Made by a program: the position numbers and the translations under genes
From: Gammaproteobacteria bacterium
GTDB lineage: Bacteria > Pseudomonadota > Gammaproteobacteria > SZUA-140
Length of the DNA: 55,928 bases
Direction of reading: 5' to 3'
Assembly: GCA_003230085.1 (NCBI GenBank)
Contig: QIGV01000179.1
Coordinates: forward strand, 1-55,928
The notes under the pieces: model-generated
Databases searched by the model: none
What the model was told of the DNA's origin: nothing
What the model saw: the letters and a program-made list of their open reading frames with translations, nothing else
Shown here: one piece after another, positions 9,768 through 19,958 of the stretch
How the letters are laid out: each line of letters begins with the position of its first letter
Numbering within the stretch: the stretch's first letter is position 1

Positions 9768-10826
9768 ATGCAACATACATCCATAGAATATGATTTAACC
9801 ATCGTCACAAGGCGAATGGCGCATCATTCTAAATATTCCGGCTATGATCGCCTGTCAGATTACCTGAAAGGAGATGTCATTTACCCTGCCCAGCATTGGA
9901 CGATTCCTCTGAGAACAACCGCGCGCATTTTGAAACCGATGGTAGATAAATCTGGGTGCCAGTGGTATCACAGAGATGGTCTGATTAGTGAGTTGTCAGC
10001 TATGAGGCGCTGGCTAACCTCCCGAAAACGTGTCTTCCACTTTTTATATGGTGAAAATTCATTTCGTTATTTGGGCGCTATGAAATCAACAGGAATAAAA
10101 AACCGGATTGTCTGCACCTACCATACACCACCAGATAGATTCACACAGATTATCAAAACCAGAAATTTCTTGCGCCATATTGATGCTTTGATAGTGGTTT
10201 CGACTGTACAGCAGGAGTTTTTTTCTAAAATGATAGGGGACAATCGTGTTTTTTACATACCGCATGGCGTGGATATTGAGCATTATATACCAGCAAAAAT
10301 AAGTCATACTGAAAGAGGCAGATTTGAGTGTCTTTTTGTGGGGTCCCACCTAAGGGATATTAAGCTGTTAGCAGAGGCAGCAAAAGAACTCCAGCATCTT
10401 GATCCTGAAATTCACCTGACAATCATTACGTCTCAGGAATATTCATCCTGTTTTAGTGATCTTTCAAATGTTGACGTGAAGGTAGGTGTGAGTGATGCAG
10501 AACTTCTGGATCGTTATCAGACAGCCGACATCTTCTTACTGCCACTATTGGATTGCACTGCGAATAATGGTCTATTGGAAGCAATGTCTTGTGGATTACC
10601 TATTATCTCAACAGATCTCCAGGGCGTCAGAGATTATGTGAATAAATCCTGTGCAATATTGACAAAAAAAGGAAATCTACAGGAGCTAGTAGAGGCCGTA
10701 TTAACTGCCAAAGGAAATGAAAAAAAACTCAAGATGATGGGAGAAGCTGGCAGGAAATATGCCAGAACATTCAGCTGGGAAGTTATTGCAGGGAAGGTAA
10801 CTCAGCTATATAAAAACCTGGGTTAA
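9768..10826 (+). CDS. GT4 glycosyltransferase
   Basis: IPHGVD, ADIFLLP, NNGLLEAMSCGLPIISTD, FSWE. Confidence 0.9.
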   Translation: MQHTSIEYDLTIVTRRMAHHSKYSGYDRLSDYLKGDVIYPAQHWTIPLRTTARILKPMVDKSGCQWYHRDGLISELSAMRRWLTSRKRVFHFLYGENSFRYLGAMKSTGIKNRIVCTYHTPPDRFTQIIKTRNFLRHIDALIVVSTVQQEFFSKMIGDNRVFYIPHGVDIEHYIPAKISHTERGRFECLFVGSHLRDIKLLAEAAKELQHLDPEIHLTIITSQEYSSCFSDLSNVDVKVGVSDAELLDRYQTADIFLLPLLDCTANNGLLEAMSCGLPIISTDLQGVRDYVNKSCAILTKKGNLQELVEAVLTAKGNEKKLKMMGEAGRKYARTFSWEVIAGKVTQLYKNLG

Positions 10827-10867
10827 AGTATTTTTATGAAAATAAATCAATATCACTATTTCTGATT

Positions 10868-12076
10868 ATGACAAAAGATACGTTAAATATAGTCCTTTAT
10901 GTTCCTAGTTTTTTGCCTGACACGATTGGTGGCAGGGAGTTGGTTGTCCATTATTTGGCCAAATCCTATCAGAAATTGGGTCACAAGGTCAGAGTTGTTG
11001 GCCCAGCAGGATGGTGGAAAAACAGAAAATCAAGGTTCGATTATCCAATCCATCGATGGCCTACCATGAGAGGCCATTTTAAAGAACAAGTGGCACTATC
11101 TGAATTGTTTCTGGATATCAGTATTTATGGTTGCGATATATTGCACGCCCACGCAACTTATCTACCAGGATATGTTTGTACAAAACTAAGAAAAATAAAA
11201 AAGGTGCCATTTATTCTCACACCACATGGGGCCGATATTCATATGGTGCCGGAGGTAGGGTATGGCTTAAGACTTGACTCTAAAATAGATTCAAAAATCA
11301 GGGTAGCTGTCAAGCATGCGGATCTATTAACGGCAATTAGCGCCAGCGTTCAGAATTCCCTGCTCAGCGCCGGCGCGAATCAAGATAAAATCAGACATAT
11401 ACCCAATGGCGTTGATCTTAACCGCTTTCAGGAGGGCGTTGTAAGCAAGGAGTTAGTTTGCGACAGGCTCAATTTGCCGGCAGATTCTAAACTAATAATC
11501 ACTATAGGTCGTTACGAGCCGCGGAAAGGACAGGACATCCTGATTCGCGCAATGCCGAGCATCCTGAGTAAAGAAAAATCAGCAAGATTGGTTATTATCG
11601 GGCAGAAGACAGAAGCACTCAATGGATTGATTGATGAGCTTGGTCTGATAGACAAGGTGCGTCTGGCTGGCACCCTGATGCCCCCTAATATCGTGCATTC
11701 AACAGATAATTCTCATGAAAGTATTGATGAACCGGACTGGTTGGTCGAGTATTGTCGCCATAGTAGTGTTTATGTTTCAGCGAGTATTGATGAGGGGGCT
11801 GAGGGCTTATCACTAGCCTTGCTAGAAGGTATGGCAGCTGGATTACCTGTTGTAGCAACCAATATATCCGGGAATAAAGATGTCGTTATCGATAACCGGA
11901 ATGGATATATTGTTGACCCTGGCGATCCTGCTAAATTAGCTGCGGCCATTAGCAGTGTTTTGGAAAATGATGACAGAAGAGAAAAAATGAGCCAAGAATC
12001 AAAAGAAATTATCGAATGTTATGGTTGGGATGATATAGCCAGGCAATACCTGGATCTGTATATGACAGTGATTTGA
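10868..12076 (+). CDS. GT4 glycosyltransferase
   Basis: GGRE, TPHGADI, IPNGVD, GRYEPRKGQD, EGLSLALLEGMAAGLPVVAT. Confidence 0.92.
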   Translation: MTKDTLNIVLYVPSFLPDTIGGRELVVHYLAKSYQKLGHKVRVVGPAGWWKNRKSRFDYPIHRWPTMRGHFKEQVALSELFLDISIYGCDILHAHATYLPGYVCTKLRKIKKVPFILTPHGADIHMVPEVGYGLRLDSKIDSKIRVAVKHADLLTAISASVQNSLLSAGANQDKIRHIPNGVDLNRFQEGVVSKELVCDRLNLPADSKLIITIGRYEPRKGQDILIRAMPSILSKEKSARLVIIGQKTEALNGLIDELGLIDKVRLAGTLMPPNIVHSTDNSHESIDEPDWLVEYCRHSSVYVSASIDEGAEGLSLALLEGMAAGLPVVATNISGNKDVVIDNRNGYIVDPGDPAKLAAAISSVLENDDRREKMSQESKEIIECYGWDDIARQYLDLYMTVI

Positions 12077-12149
12077 AATGCATGCTCAGAACCAGTTTGA
12101 ATTTTTATGCATTTATTATATTTGAGCGCTGCCTTTTGAGAGGTCTTGG

Positions 12150-13376
12150 TTACTCAATGGAAATGTCATCATATAAAGCTAACATTCTGTCTCGATACCG
12201 TTGCGCTGAAAATTCTCGTTCTACCCATTCCCGCCCGCAATGGCCCATAGCAATAACTTTACTGTCAGTCATTATAGAAAAATCTTCCAATACTGAGGCC
12301 AGGGCATCAGAGTTTCCACTCTCAAAAACTGCACCTGTTTCTCCTGGACGAATTAATTCCGGTATCCCGCCAATATTAGATCCAATGACAGGGCGGCCGA
12401 GTGCATAGGCCTCCAAAATGCTGATGGGTGCATTTTCATACCACTCGGAGGGCAAGACGACTGCACGGCTGCTACGGACAAGATCGTGTAGTGCAGCACC
12501 ACTTTGGTATCCGGTAAATGTAACATCTGCGCCGACTTCATTTGCAAGCTTATGCAGTTTATCTTCCTCGGGCCCAGTGCCAACAATGATGGCAGGGGTT
12601 TTAGAAATAGCAGCGGCTTGGATGAACGTTGTGAGGCCCTTCTCCGGGCCCAGACGCCCGATATACATGAAAGTGTTACCAGCCTTATGGCTGGGTGTAT
12701 GTGAGTCAAGATCAACAAAATTAGGAATATAGGTAAATTTTTCCTTGTCCCAGCCCCATTCTATAAACTTATCAAGATAAAATTGGCTGGGTACCACAAA
12801 ACGGGTGACATTTTTAGAATAGCTGCCCAGTAGGCGATGCATCCCTGTCTCAAGGAATATCAGCGCACTCAGCGATAGTGAATTCTTGATACAGCGGTGT
12901 CGAATAACATTACTTATGTTACCGTTTTTGCAGCGTTCACACACACCATCGTGCGTGAGCATTTTGTAGGCAGGACAAGCGATTTTGAGGTCGTGAAGTG
13001 TTAAAACTGTTGGAATCCCACATTTTCTGAGCGTGCTGAAAATAGATGGAGATATATGATGGTAAATATTATGGGCATGAGCTATTTGTGGGTTAATCAG
13101 CTCAACTATTTGCCTGATTTTTCTTTGTGCCTCAAATGAATAAATAATTTTAGGTGCCCGGAGCAGTTTTTGAGTTAGGGAATAGGCTTCTCCAAATTCA
13201 ATTTCCTGTATAAAATATTTATCCCAATCGGACGGGAAATTCCTGGAATGACGCATGGCAAACGGAACGACACGCCACCCAAAATTTTCGAAGAGAGCAT
13301 TGTGTTCCAGGAAAACAGCCTCAGCCCCGCCCCTTCTATAATAATAATTATTGATCGATAGCAGGCTATTAGTCAT
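12150..13376 (-). CDS. GT4 glycosyltransferase
   Basis: YYRRGGAE, HAHNIYHH, TLHDLKIACP...CERC, GRLGPEKG, SEWYENAPISILEAYALG. Confidence 0.92.
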   Translation of the reverse strand: MTNSLLSINNYYYRRGGAEAVFLEHNALFENFGWRVVPFAMRHSRNFPSDWDKYFIQEIEFGEAYSLTQKLLRAPKIIYSFEAQRKIRQIVELINPQIAHAHNIYHHISPSIFSTLRKCGIPTVLTLHDLKIACPAYKMLTHDGVCERCKNGNISNVIRHRCIKNSLSLSALIFLETGMHRLLGSYSKNVTRFVVPSQFYLDKFIEWGWDKEKFTYIPNFVDLDSHTPSHKAGNTFMYIGRLGPEKGLTTFIQAAAISKTPAIIVGTGPEEDKLHKLANEVGADVTFTGYQSGAALHDLVRSSRAVVLPSEWYENAPISILEAYALGRPVIGSNIGGIPELIRPGETGAVFESGNSDALASVLEDFSIMTDSKVIAMGHCGREWVEREFSAQRYRDRMLALYDDISIE

Positions 13377-13488
13377 TACTGTTTGTTTCTGGTTCCCAAT
13401 TCATACTCAATGTACAATATACAAAATATCAGAATATGTATAGAAAGATATCGTGCAATACAAAGGGTCGCAAATCTAGGGAACTAAC

Positions 13489-14595
13489 ATGCGCATAATG
13501 GTTTTAGGGCTTCGTGGATTCCCAGGTGTTGAGGGTGGAGTAGAGAAACATGCAGAACATTTGTATCCGCTATTGGCCGACCTAGGGTGTGATGTGGATG
13601 TTATTGTCCGTTCTCAATATTATCAACCAGGAAATAGTCTCTGGGAAAAAATAGAATTCCACAGTTTATGGGCACCAAAAATTAGTGGGCTGGAGGCATT
13701 TATACATTCGTTTTTTGGCGTTCTTTATGCCGGGATTAAGCGCCCTGATATTCTGCATATCCATGCCATTGGACCTGCAATCATGACACCGCTAGCAAGA
13801 TTGTTAGGGCTGCGCGTTGTGGTGACACATCACGGGCCTGATTATGACCGTGAGAAATGGGGATTTATGGCCCGCAAGTTGCTTCAATTTGGAGAGCGTT
13901 GGGGGATGATGTATTCGACGGAGCGGATTGTAATATCTGACGTGATACGTAACATAGTAAAAAATAAGTACAATTGTGATTCCGTATTAATTCCAAATGG
14001 TGTAGAGCTGCCTAGCATTCCTACATCAAGAAGTACACTGGAAAAATTTTCTATTGAGACGAAACGTTACGCGCTGCTCGTGAGCCGATTTGTCCCTGAA
14101 AAGAGGCACTTGGATTTAATCAGGGCTTTTACTGAAGCGAAATTGGCAGGTTGGAAGCTCGTTTTGGTAGGAAGAATGGATAAGCAGGATAAATATTGTA
14201 AGGAAGTACTGGGAGCAGCAGACGGGAATGAGAATGTCATATTGACAGGTTACCAGGATGGTGTTGCGTTACATGAGTTGTATGCGAATGCAGGTATATT
14301 TGTTCTGCCTTCAACTCACGAGGGGTTGCCAATAGCGCTACTAGAGGCATTAAGTTATGGCATTCCCGTATTGGCCAGTGATATACCAGCAAATCTTGAA
14401 GTAGGATTGCCACTGGACCAGTATTTTCCAGTAGGAAATTTAGAAAAATTGGCAGAAGCATTGCGATTTAGTGCTAATAGTGAATCTGATCCAGAAAGAC
14501 AGGATAAAGTTCGAAAACTGATTAAGGAACGATATAGCTGGGAGAATATCGCGGGCCAGACTTATTCTGTTTACTCTAGTACTGTAAACAAATAG
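13489..14595 (+). CDS. GT4 glycosyltransferase
   Basis: GLRGFPGVEGGVE, HIHAIGP, THHGPDYDREKW, SRFVPEK, HEGLPIALLEALSYG. Confidence 0.92.
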   Translation: MRIMVLGLRGFPGVEGGVEKHAEHLYPLLADLGCDVDVIVRSQYYQPGNSLWEKIEFHSLWAPKISGLEAFIHSFFGVLYAGIKRPDILHIHAIGPAIMTPLARLLGLRVVVTHHGPDYDREKWGFMARKLLQFGERWGMMYSTERIVISDVIRNIVKNKYNCDSVLIPNGVELPSIPTSRSTLEKFSIETKRYALLVSRFVPEKRHLDLIRAFTEAKLAGWKLVLVGRMDKQDKYCKEVLGAADGNENVILTGYQDGVALHELYANAGIFVLPSTHEGLPIALLEALSYGIPVLASDIPANLEVGLPLDQYFPVGNLEKLAEALRFSANSESDPERQDKVRKLIKERYSWENIAGQTYSVYSSTVNK

Positions 14596-14705
14596 TAGCA
14601 CTGGTATTAAAGAGGTTAGTGGGGCTTTTAGGGTTTATCTTGATAGCCCGAGAAATGACTAGATAATGAGCTACTCAATTTAATATTATTGGTCATAGAG
14701 AGTTT

Positions 14706-15644
14706 ATGGTTAAGTACATTTTTATCTGCTGTCCAGGTCATTCAGGATCTACATTGCTAGATTTATTAATGGGCTCGCACTCTAAAATAGAGTCATTGGG
14801 CGAGATTTCCCATTTATCAAAAAATATTGCGTTAAATACGGAGTGTAGTTGTGGGAATGCTATAAAATCGTGTCCATTTTGGTTAGAAGTCATTAAGCAA
14901 CTGTCTGAAGAAATTGGAAGCGATATTATTTCGGAACCGTATTCATTTAATTTAGGACAGCCTAACGCTGTTGACGTAATAGACTATTCTCATCAAACAA
15001 AGCTATTTCTGATTCACAGAAAGATAATGCGTAGTTTAGTATACCTTGAACAACGTCATGGCAAAAATATATTGCCAATCGTAAAGCGATTATTCAACGA
15101 AAGCATATCAAATAACGTTTTACTGTATGATGTAGTTCTTAAATTTCATGACGTAGATATGGTCATAGATTCTTCTAAAGACTATATGAAGGCTGTTGCA
15201 GTCTATAACAGATTCCCTGAGAGTACGCGCATCATAGTACTTAGCCGAGATGGGCGAGGAGTTCTCTATTCAAGAATTAAGCGTAATATACACAGAAAGG
15301 CTGGCGTGGATAGTTGGAAAAATTATTATTCTCGTGGGCTACCGATATTAGCTAGAAACATTAATGAACAACATTTGTTGTATGTTCATTATGAGAATTT
15401 GGCTAGAGACCCTGATGAGACGTTAAACGGCATTAGCGCCTTTCTGGGTATTTCCTTTGAAAGATCAATGCTGGATTACAGCTCCCACATCCATCATATT
15501 ACCAATGGAAATAATATGAGATTTGTAAAATCCTCCCAGATATCGTTAGATACCTCATGGCATGTCGGTCTCTCCGATGATAATAAGAATTATTTTGAGA
15601 AAAGAGCTGGAGTTTTAAATCGAAAACTTGGGTATCTATCCTAG
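14706..15644 (+). CDS. Sulfotransferase with CxCG...CxFW insertion
   Basis: GHSGSTLLDL, LGE, CSCG....CPFW, IDSSK, RDGRG, YENL, GN.MR. Confidence 0.85.
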   Translation: MVKYIFICCPGHSGSTLLDLLMGSHSKIESLGEISHLSKNIALNTECSCGNAIKSCPFWLEVIKQLSEEIGSDIISEPYSFNLGQPNAVDVIDYSHQTKLFLIHRKIMRSLVYLEQRHGKNILPIVKRLFNESISNNVLLYDVVLKFHDVDMVIDSSKDYMKAVAVYNRFPESTRIIVLSRDGRGVLYSRIKRNIHRKAGVDSWKNYYSRGLPILARNINEQHLLYVHYENLARDPDETLNGISAFLGISFERSMLDYSSHIHHITNGNNMRFVKSSQISLDTSWHVGLSDDNKNYFEKRAGVLNRKLGYLS

Positions 15645-15673
15645 AATTTTTTGATGACGCCTCTTTTGGATCT

Positions 15674-17032
15674 GTGAATAGACTACTTTATATTTTTTTC
15701 ATTATATTATTCTTCTTGGGATATATATTCGGTGTATTGGGGCTGCCTCGTAGTGCTGCAACGCCAGTAATTGCGATGCTGTCTGGTGGTATTTTTGCGC
15801 TATTAGCCCTCATCGCTGCAGGTCGGCACATGATCGATATTGCTCCAAAATATATTTTGTTATTTTTTGTATTAGCACTTTTTATTTTTGCAGGAGTGAT
15901 TATCAATAGTGTTTCTCCGGGCACAGTATTTTGGGGGTTGTTAGAATATCTCAAATATCTTCCAATTTTCTTGTTGCCAGCTGTTTATGAATTTTCAGAG
16001 TCAGATTTAAAAAATCAATTAAAACTAATTTTTGTCCTGGCGCTTATTCAAACGCCGTTGGCCTTATTTCAAAGGTTATTCCAATTTAAAGGTGTGTTAT
16101 CTGGAGATGTTATATCAGGGACGTTGATTATATCATCGGCGCTTTCAATATTTATGATTTGTGTTATTGCCATTGTGTTAGCATATTATTTGAGAAATCA
16201 GATAAAACAAAAATCATTTTTTATTCTATTGTTTATATTGTTTATGCCTACGACGATCAATGAAACTAAGGGGACACTAATACTACTGCCAATAGCGTTG
16301 ATGTTGCCAATATTATTTTATCAGGGTGCTGGTTCCTGGCTTAGAAAATTTATGCCTATATTTTTATCCGCTACGCTTCTAGGAGGCTTATTTTTTTCCA
16401 TGTATGATCTTTTTCTGCAGGAACGATTTGAAACTGGGTCCTTTGATATAGTTACCGATAAAAATAGAATGATGCATTATTTGTTTAGCGGAGAAGTGAC
16501 AGGAGATGATTTTGAATTTGATAGTAATCCAAGTATTACGGGTAAAGCCTACAATGAGCTTGAGAGAGATGCGCCTAGATTGGATAGCATTTTAATATCA
16601 TTGATATTACTATCCGATGAACCGACAAAATTGGTCACAGGGCTCGGCATAGGAAATTTGAATGATTCGAGGCTTAGCGTTTTGTCTGGAGAATACTCAG
16701 CATTTACAGATGTTTATAACGCAAAAATTACAACATTAGGCCAACTACTATGGGAGACAGGTATAGGGGGTGTAATATTTTCCCTTATTTTTTTGTACAT
16801 GGTATTTTCAGATGCTTGCTATCTAAGGGCGAAAGAAAATACAGTTGGAACACTAGCGCTCGGATGGGTGGCTGTGGTTGCAATAATATTTATTTCGTTT
16901 CCTTATAAAAATCTTATTGGAATGAACGTAATTGGCTATTTGTTTAGCTATTTTTCTGGTTATTTGGCTGCTGCGCGTTACAGAGCAAGTATTTCTGTGG
17001 AGAACCACCAGATAAAACAAAATATCTCATAG
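15674..17032 (+). CDS. Multi-pass membrane protein, Wzy polymerase/O-antigen-ligase-like
   Basis: About 10-11 hydrophobic segments, a large loop with R...GLGIGN, and LWETGIGG; sits among GT genes and is AT-rich. Confidence 0.7.
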   Translation: MNRLLYIFFIILFFLGYIFGVLGLPRSAATPVIAMLSGGIFALLALIAAGRHMIDIAPKYILLFFVLALFIFAGVIINSVSPGTVFWGLLEYLKYLPIFLLPAVYEFSESDLKNQLKLIFVLALIQTPLALFQRLFQFKGVLSGDVISGTLIISSALSIFMICVIAIVLAYYLRNQIKQKSFFILLFILFMPTTINETKGTLILLPIALMLPILFYQGAGSWLRKFMPIFLSATLLGGLFFSMYDLFLQERFETGSFDIVTDKNRMMHYLFSGEVTGDDFEFDSNPSITGKAYNELERDAPRLDSILISLILLSDEPTKLVTGLGIGNLNDSRLSVLSGEYSAFTDVYNAKITTLGQLLWETGIGGVIFSLIFLYMVFSDACYLRAKENTVGTLALGWVAVVAIIFISFPYKNLIGMNVIGYLFSYFSGYLAAARYRASISVENHQIKQNIS

Positions 17033-17303
17033 AGAAACTTCGAACTGAATATTGAGGCGTTCAAGTATAGTTATAAAGTAAGCGTAAAATGAACGATGTC
17101 CGGGTATTAGCAGGGTGGCTACATGTGTCAGTTGTTGTGATATTTATAATTATCCTACGTAGATACTATGCTATGGGACAACACCCCTAAAATATTTTAA
17201 GGAAGTTAATGTTGCTTAACGTGTCTCTCAGTATTGTTTCATAAATTTAATTTGGAGTAACTACATATTAATAAGTTTTGGAGATTGAAGAGCGGGTAGT
17301 GCA

Positions 17304-18566
17304 ATGATAATTTCACCAAATCCTCTTGTTGATTTAAGTGATATTCAGGCTACAACCATGCCCGAATATATCGGTCTAACTTATCAGATGTTAGAGACTA
17401 AGAACCTATTGGCATTCTTTCCTAATGATCCTACTCTTAAGGGTCCAATAGCCACTCTACTTTCTGAATACGGTGATGTTGAACTAAAGGTGATTTCAAC
17501 ATCTTGTGCAGTAAAAGCTGACAAGACAATTAACAGTTCTCTTATTTCAATAATCATTCCCACATACAATTCTGCTCTATTCATAGAGGCAACACTTCAG
17601 TCAGTTGAAAAACAGGATTACAGTCCGTTTGAGATCTTAATTGTTGATGATGGATCAAACGATGGTACCCAGGATATTATTATGAAATTTCTTAGCAAAC
17701 GACAGAACACGCTACGCGCTCGGTTTGTGGGACTTTCTCATATTGGTAATCCAGCAGCAATACGAAACTTTGCATTACATAACTTGATATCGCAACAATG
17801 TTCATTTGTTACGTTTTTGGACAGCGATGATATCTATGTGGGTCCTGAGGTACTTAAGAAGCTTGCTATCCCCCTCATCAAGAGCATTAAATACACATCT
17901 TCATATGGTGGATACGATATTGTAACAGAGCAAGGTGAAAGGTTGGCTGGCCCAAAAATGCTTAGTCAAACAAAAACTGGAACATGGGTTTGGCGAAAGC
18001 AGTTCAAACTCACATGGCCCAATATTGCTCGGAAGCGAATAGGAACCTTTCATTTTCAATCTCTCATGGTAAGACTGCCGAGTCCGGTAATTCCATATAT
18101 TCGACTTGGAGAAGATGGGGGATATTTTGCCAGAATTATCCGACGTACAGCGGAAGCTTGCGGTGGAGAATTAAATGGAATCTTTCATGTGCCAGAAATT
18201 ATATTTCACTACAGAAAAAGATCATCCAGCATATCTGTAGATGCGACGAGTAAACGCTTGAAACACCCTGTGAAAGGCAGATCATGCTCGTCTCGAAATA
18301 TCCCTTATTTTTATACGAAGTGTGGAATTCCTGAAAAATATATAACACGATCTAATGTAGCAGTGTTTGTTGCTAGGCAGTGGTTACCACGTATTTACAA
18401 TCCTCTTTTTCGGCGACGCTTCAGGGATGCAGTCGGCATATTGAAACGTGCGCACAAGGACCCAAGTTTTAGCGTATTTTATTTTTCCCTAGTATTTATA
18501 AAGGATTTAATAACAAATCCGATGCTCAGAGACATATTGTCTTATAAGCTTAGAAAAGCTTTGTGA
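17304..18566 (+). CDS. GT2 glycosyltransferase with N-terminal extension
   Basis: ISIIIPTYNS, EILIVDDGSNDGT, FLDSDD, GED, YRKR. Confidence 0.85.
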   Translation: MIISPNPLVDLSDIQATTMPEYIGLTYQMLETKNLLAFFPNDPTLKGPIATLLSEYGDVELKVISTSCAVKADKTINSSLISIIIPTYNSALFIEATLQSVEKQDYSPFEILIVDDGSNDGTQDIIMKFLSKRQNTLRARFVGLSHIGNPAAIRNFALHNLISQQCSFVTFLDSDDIYVGPEVLKKLAIPLIKSIKYTSSYGGYDIVTEQGERLAGPKMLSQTKTGTWVWRKQFKLTWPNIARKRIGTFHFQSLMVRLPSPVIPYIRLGEDGGYFARIIRRTAEACGGELNGIFHVPEIIFHYRKRSSSISVDATSKRLKHPVKGRSCSSRNIPYFYTKCGIPEKYITRSNVAVFVARQWLPRIYNPLFRRRFRDAVGILKRAHKDPSFSVFYFSLVFIKDLITNPMLRDILSYKLRKAL

Positions 18567-18583
18567 GCACAAAATAACCTAGA

Positions 18584-18641
18584 CCTGTACATCAAACGGT
18601 GTACAGGCCTGAGAGACCTCGGGCAAGATGATTGCCGAGGT
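18584..18641. terminator. Two adjacent hairpins between convergent genes
   Basis: cctgtaca-N8-tgtacagg (18584-18607) and acctcgg...ccgaggt (18616-18641). Confidence 0.45.
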
Positions 18642-18646
18642 ATGCT

Positions 18647-19885
18647 TTATTGTGTATTACAAATAGATATATTGGTAGGGCAAGCCGCGTTTATTTTTCC
18701 GTTATATTTATTGATTATAGGGATTATTCCGTATTGCATAGAAAATTTATATGTTGGTGTATCTTCGTTGGTACCATATCTCACCCATAAAATATAGTTA
18801 TCTTTAATATCATTAACCCCGTAGTTCAATATATCCTCTGGCAGGTAGCATTTTTTTGTTTTGCCCATAACTGAAAGAGGACCTGTTGAGGATCTCCCGC
18901 ACAGAACGGGGGCGGAAACAATATCAGCGATGGGCATTTTCCCAGCATATGAAGAAGCAGTTAGTAGCTGTGCAGTAGATCCACCATTTTTATCGCCTAC
19001 ATTTAGATCAGGCCCCAATCTGCCGGCGCCAACCTGATATGCATTGGCTATAATGCCAGGTATTTGTCCGGAGAGAAAATTAGCTGTTTCAAATACGACA
19101 GTGTTAGGGAAAGCGGCTCTAAATGCAGCAATTGCTCTTTTTAATTGTGCAGCATGAGCAGATCTAGTGTAATCTGGTGGAAAATTTCCAGCAAACCCAG
19201 GAGTTGTCTCTTGCGGAGCAATTCCCTCTATATAGGGTTCAGCATTGAAACGCGCTCCCAATTGTTGATACAACAATATCATGCGATCCATAACTAAGGG
19301 GTCCCAAATGCGAGCTATGGTGCCGTTTTTTGTCGGTGCGATACCGCCTTTATAAATTGGATTAGTTTCTAAATAGGCCGGTGTTGCTTTATAGGATAAT
19401 GAGAAGGCTCTATCATTGATCCTTATTATCAGCCTTTTCCCATTGGCTTGCAGGTAAGCAAGGTCTGATTCGATTGTTGAGAAATCATAAACGCCTTCTT
19501 GGGGTTCAAGATTGCGCCATTCATATTCTACATGAACCCCTTTTACATTTGGTTCGTTAAGAATAATGTCGAAATTTGATTGAGGAGCGGCTCTGTACAA
19601 TTTCATATAGTGCCCCGGATGCCATTTGACGGCATTGCCACTATTCGTAGATGGTGGTGGTTGAGAAACTACAGGTGGTAGTACTGTTGGCGTGCATCCG
19701 ATACTCCCTACTGTTCCTATGCACAGGCCGGATGGTGGTGCAGGCGGTGCGCCTATTGATGTTGCAGGTAGACCGACAATGCTTAAGAGCAGCGCGTACC
19801 GCAAGAAATCTCTTATTTGCCGTATCCGGGAACAGGAGAGAGTTGAAACTGAGCGTGAAATAGATTGATAAGGCATTGTATTCAT
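18647..19885 (-). CDS. Secreted glycoside-hydrolase-like TIM-barrel protein (true start may be downstream)
   Basis: Signal-like LLLSIVGLPATSIGA and a Pro-rich linker, then KWHPGHY and W.NLEP.EG.YDFS.I..DL (GH-A/GH42-like start), RIWDP, QET. Confidence 0.6.
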   Translation of the reverse strand: MNTMPYQSISRSVSTLSCSRIRQIRDFLRYALLLSIVGLPATSIGAPPAPPSGLCIGTVGSIGCTPTVLPPVVSQPPPSTNSGNAVKWHPGHYMKLYRAAPQSNFDIILNEPNVKGVHVEYEWRNLEPQEGVYDFSTIESDLAYLQANGKRLIIRINDRAFSLSYKATPAYLETNPIYKGGIAPTKNGTIARIWDPLVMDRMILLYQQLGARFNAEPYIEGIAPQETTPGFAGNFPPDYTRSAHAAQLKRAIAAFRAAFPNTVVFETANFLSGQIPGIIANAYQVGAGRLGPDLNVGDKNGGSTAQLLTASSYAGKMPIADIVSAPVLCGRSSTGPLSVMGKTKKCYLPEDILNYGVNDIKDNYILWVRYGTNEDTPTYKFSMQYGIIPIINKYNGKINAACPTNISICNTQ

Positions 19886-19958
19886 GGCGTTGTCCTAATG
19901 TTGTCAGGATGTTTATTGTGAGGCATTGGCATATTTATCGGTTGAAATGCTCTGATAA

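Noticed and set aside
17288-17302. ops/JUMPstart element (gagcgggtagtgc)
   Set aside because: Does not match GGCGGTAG exactly and no JUMPstart hairpin context is evident.
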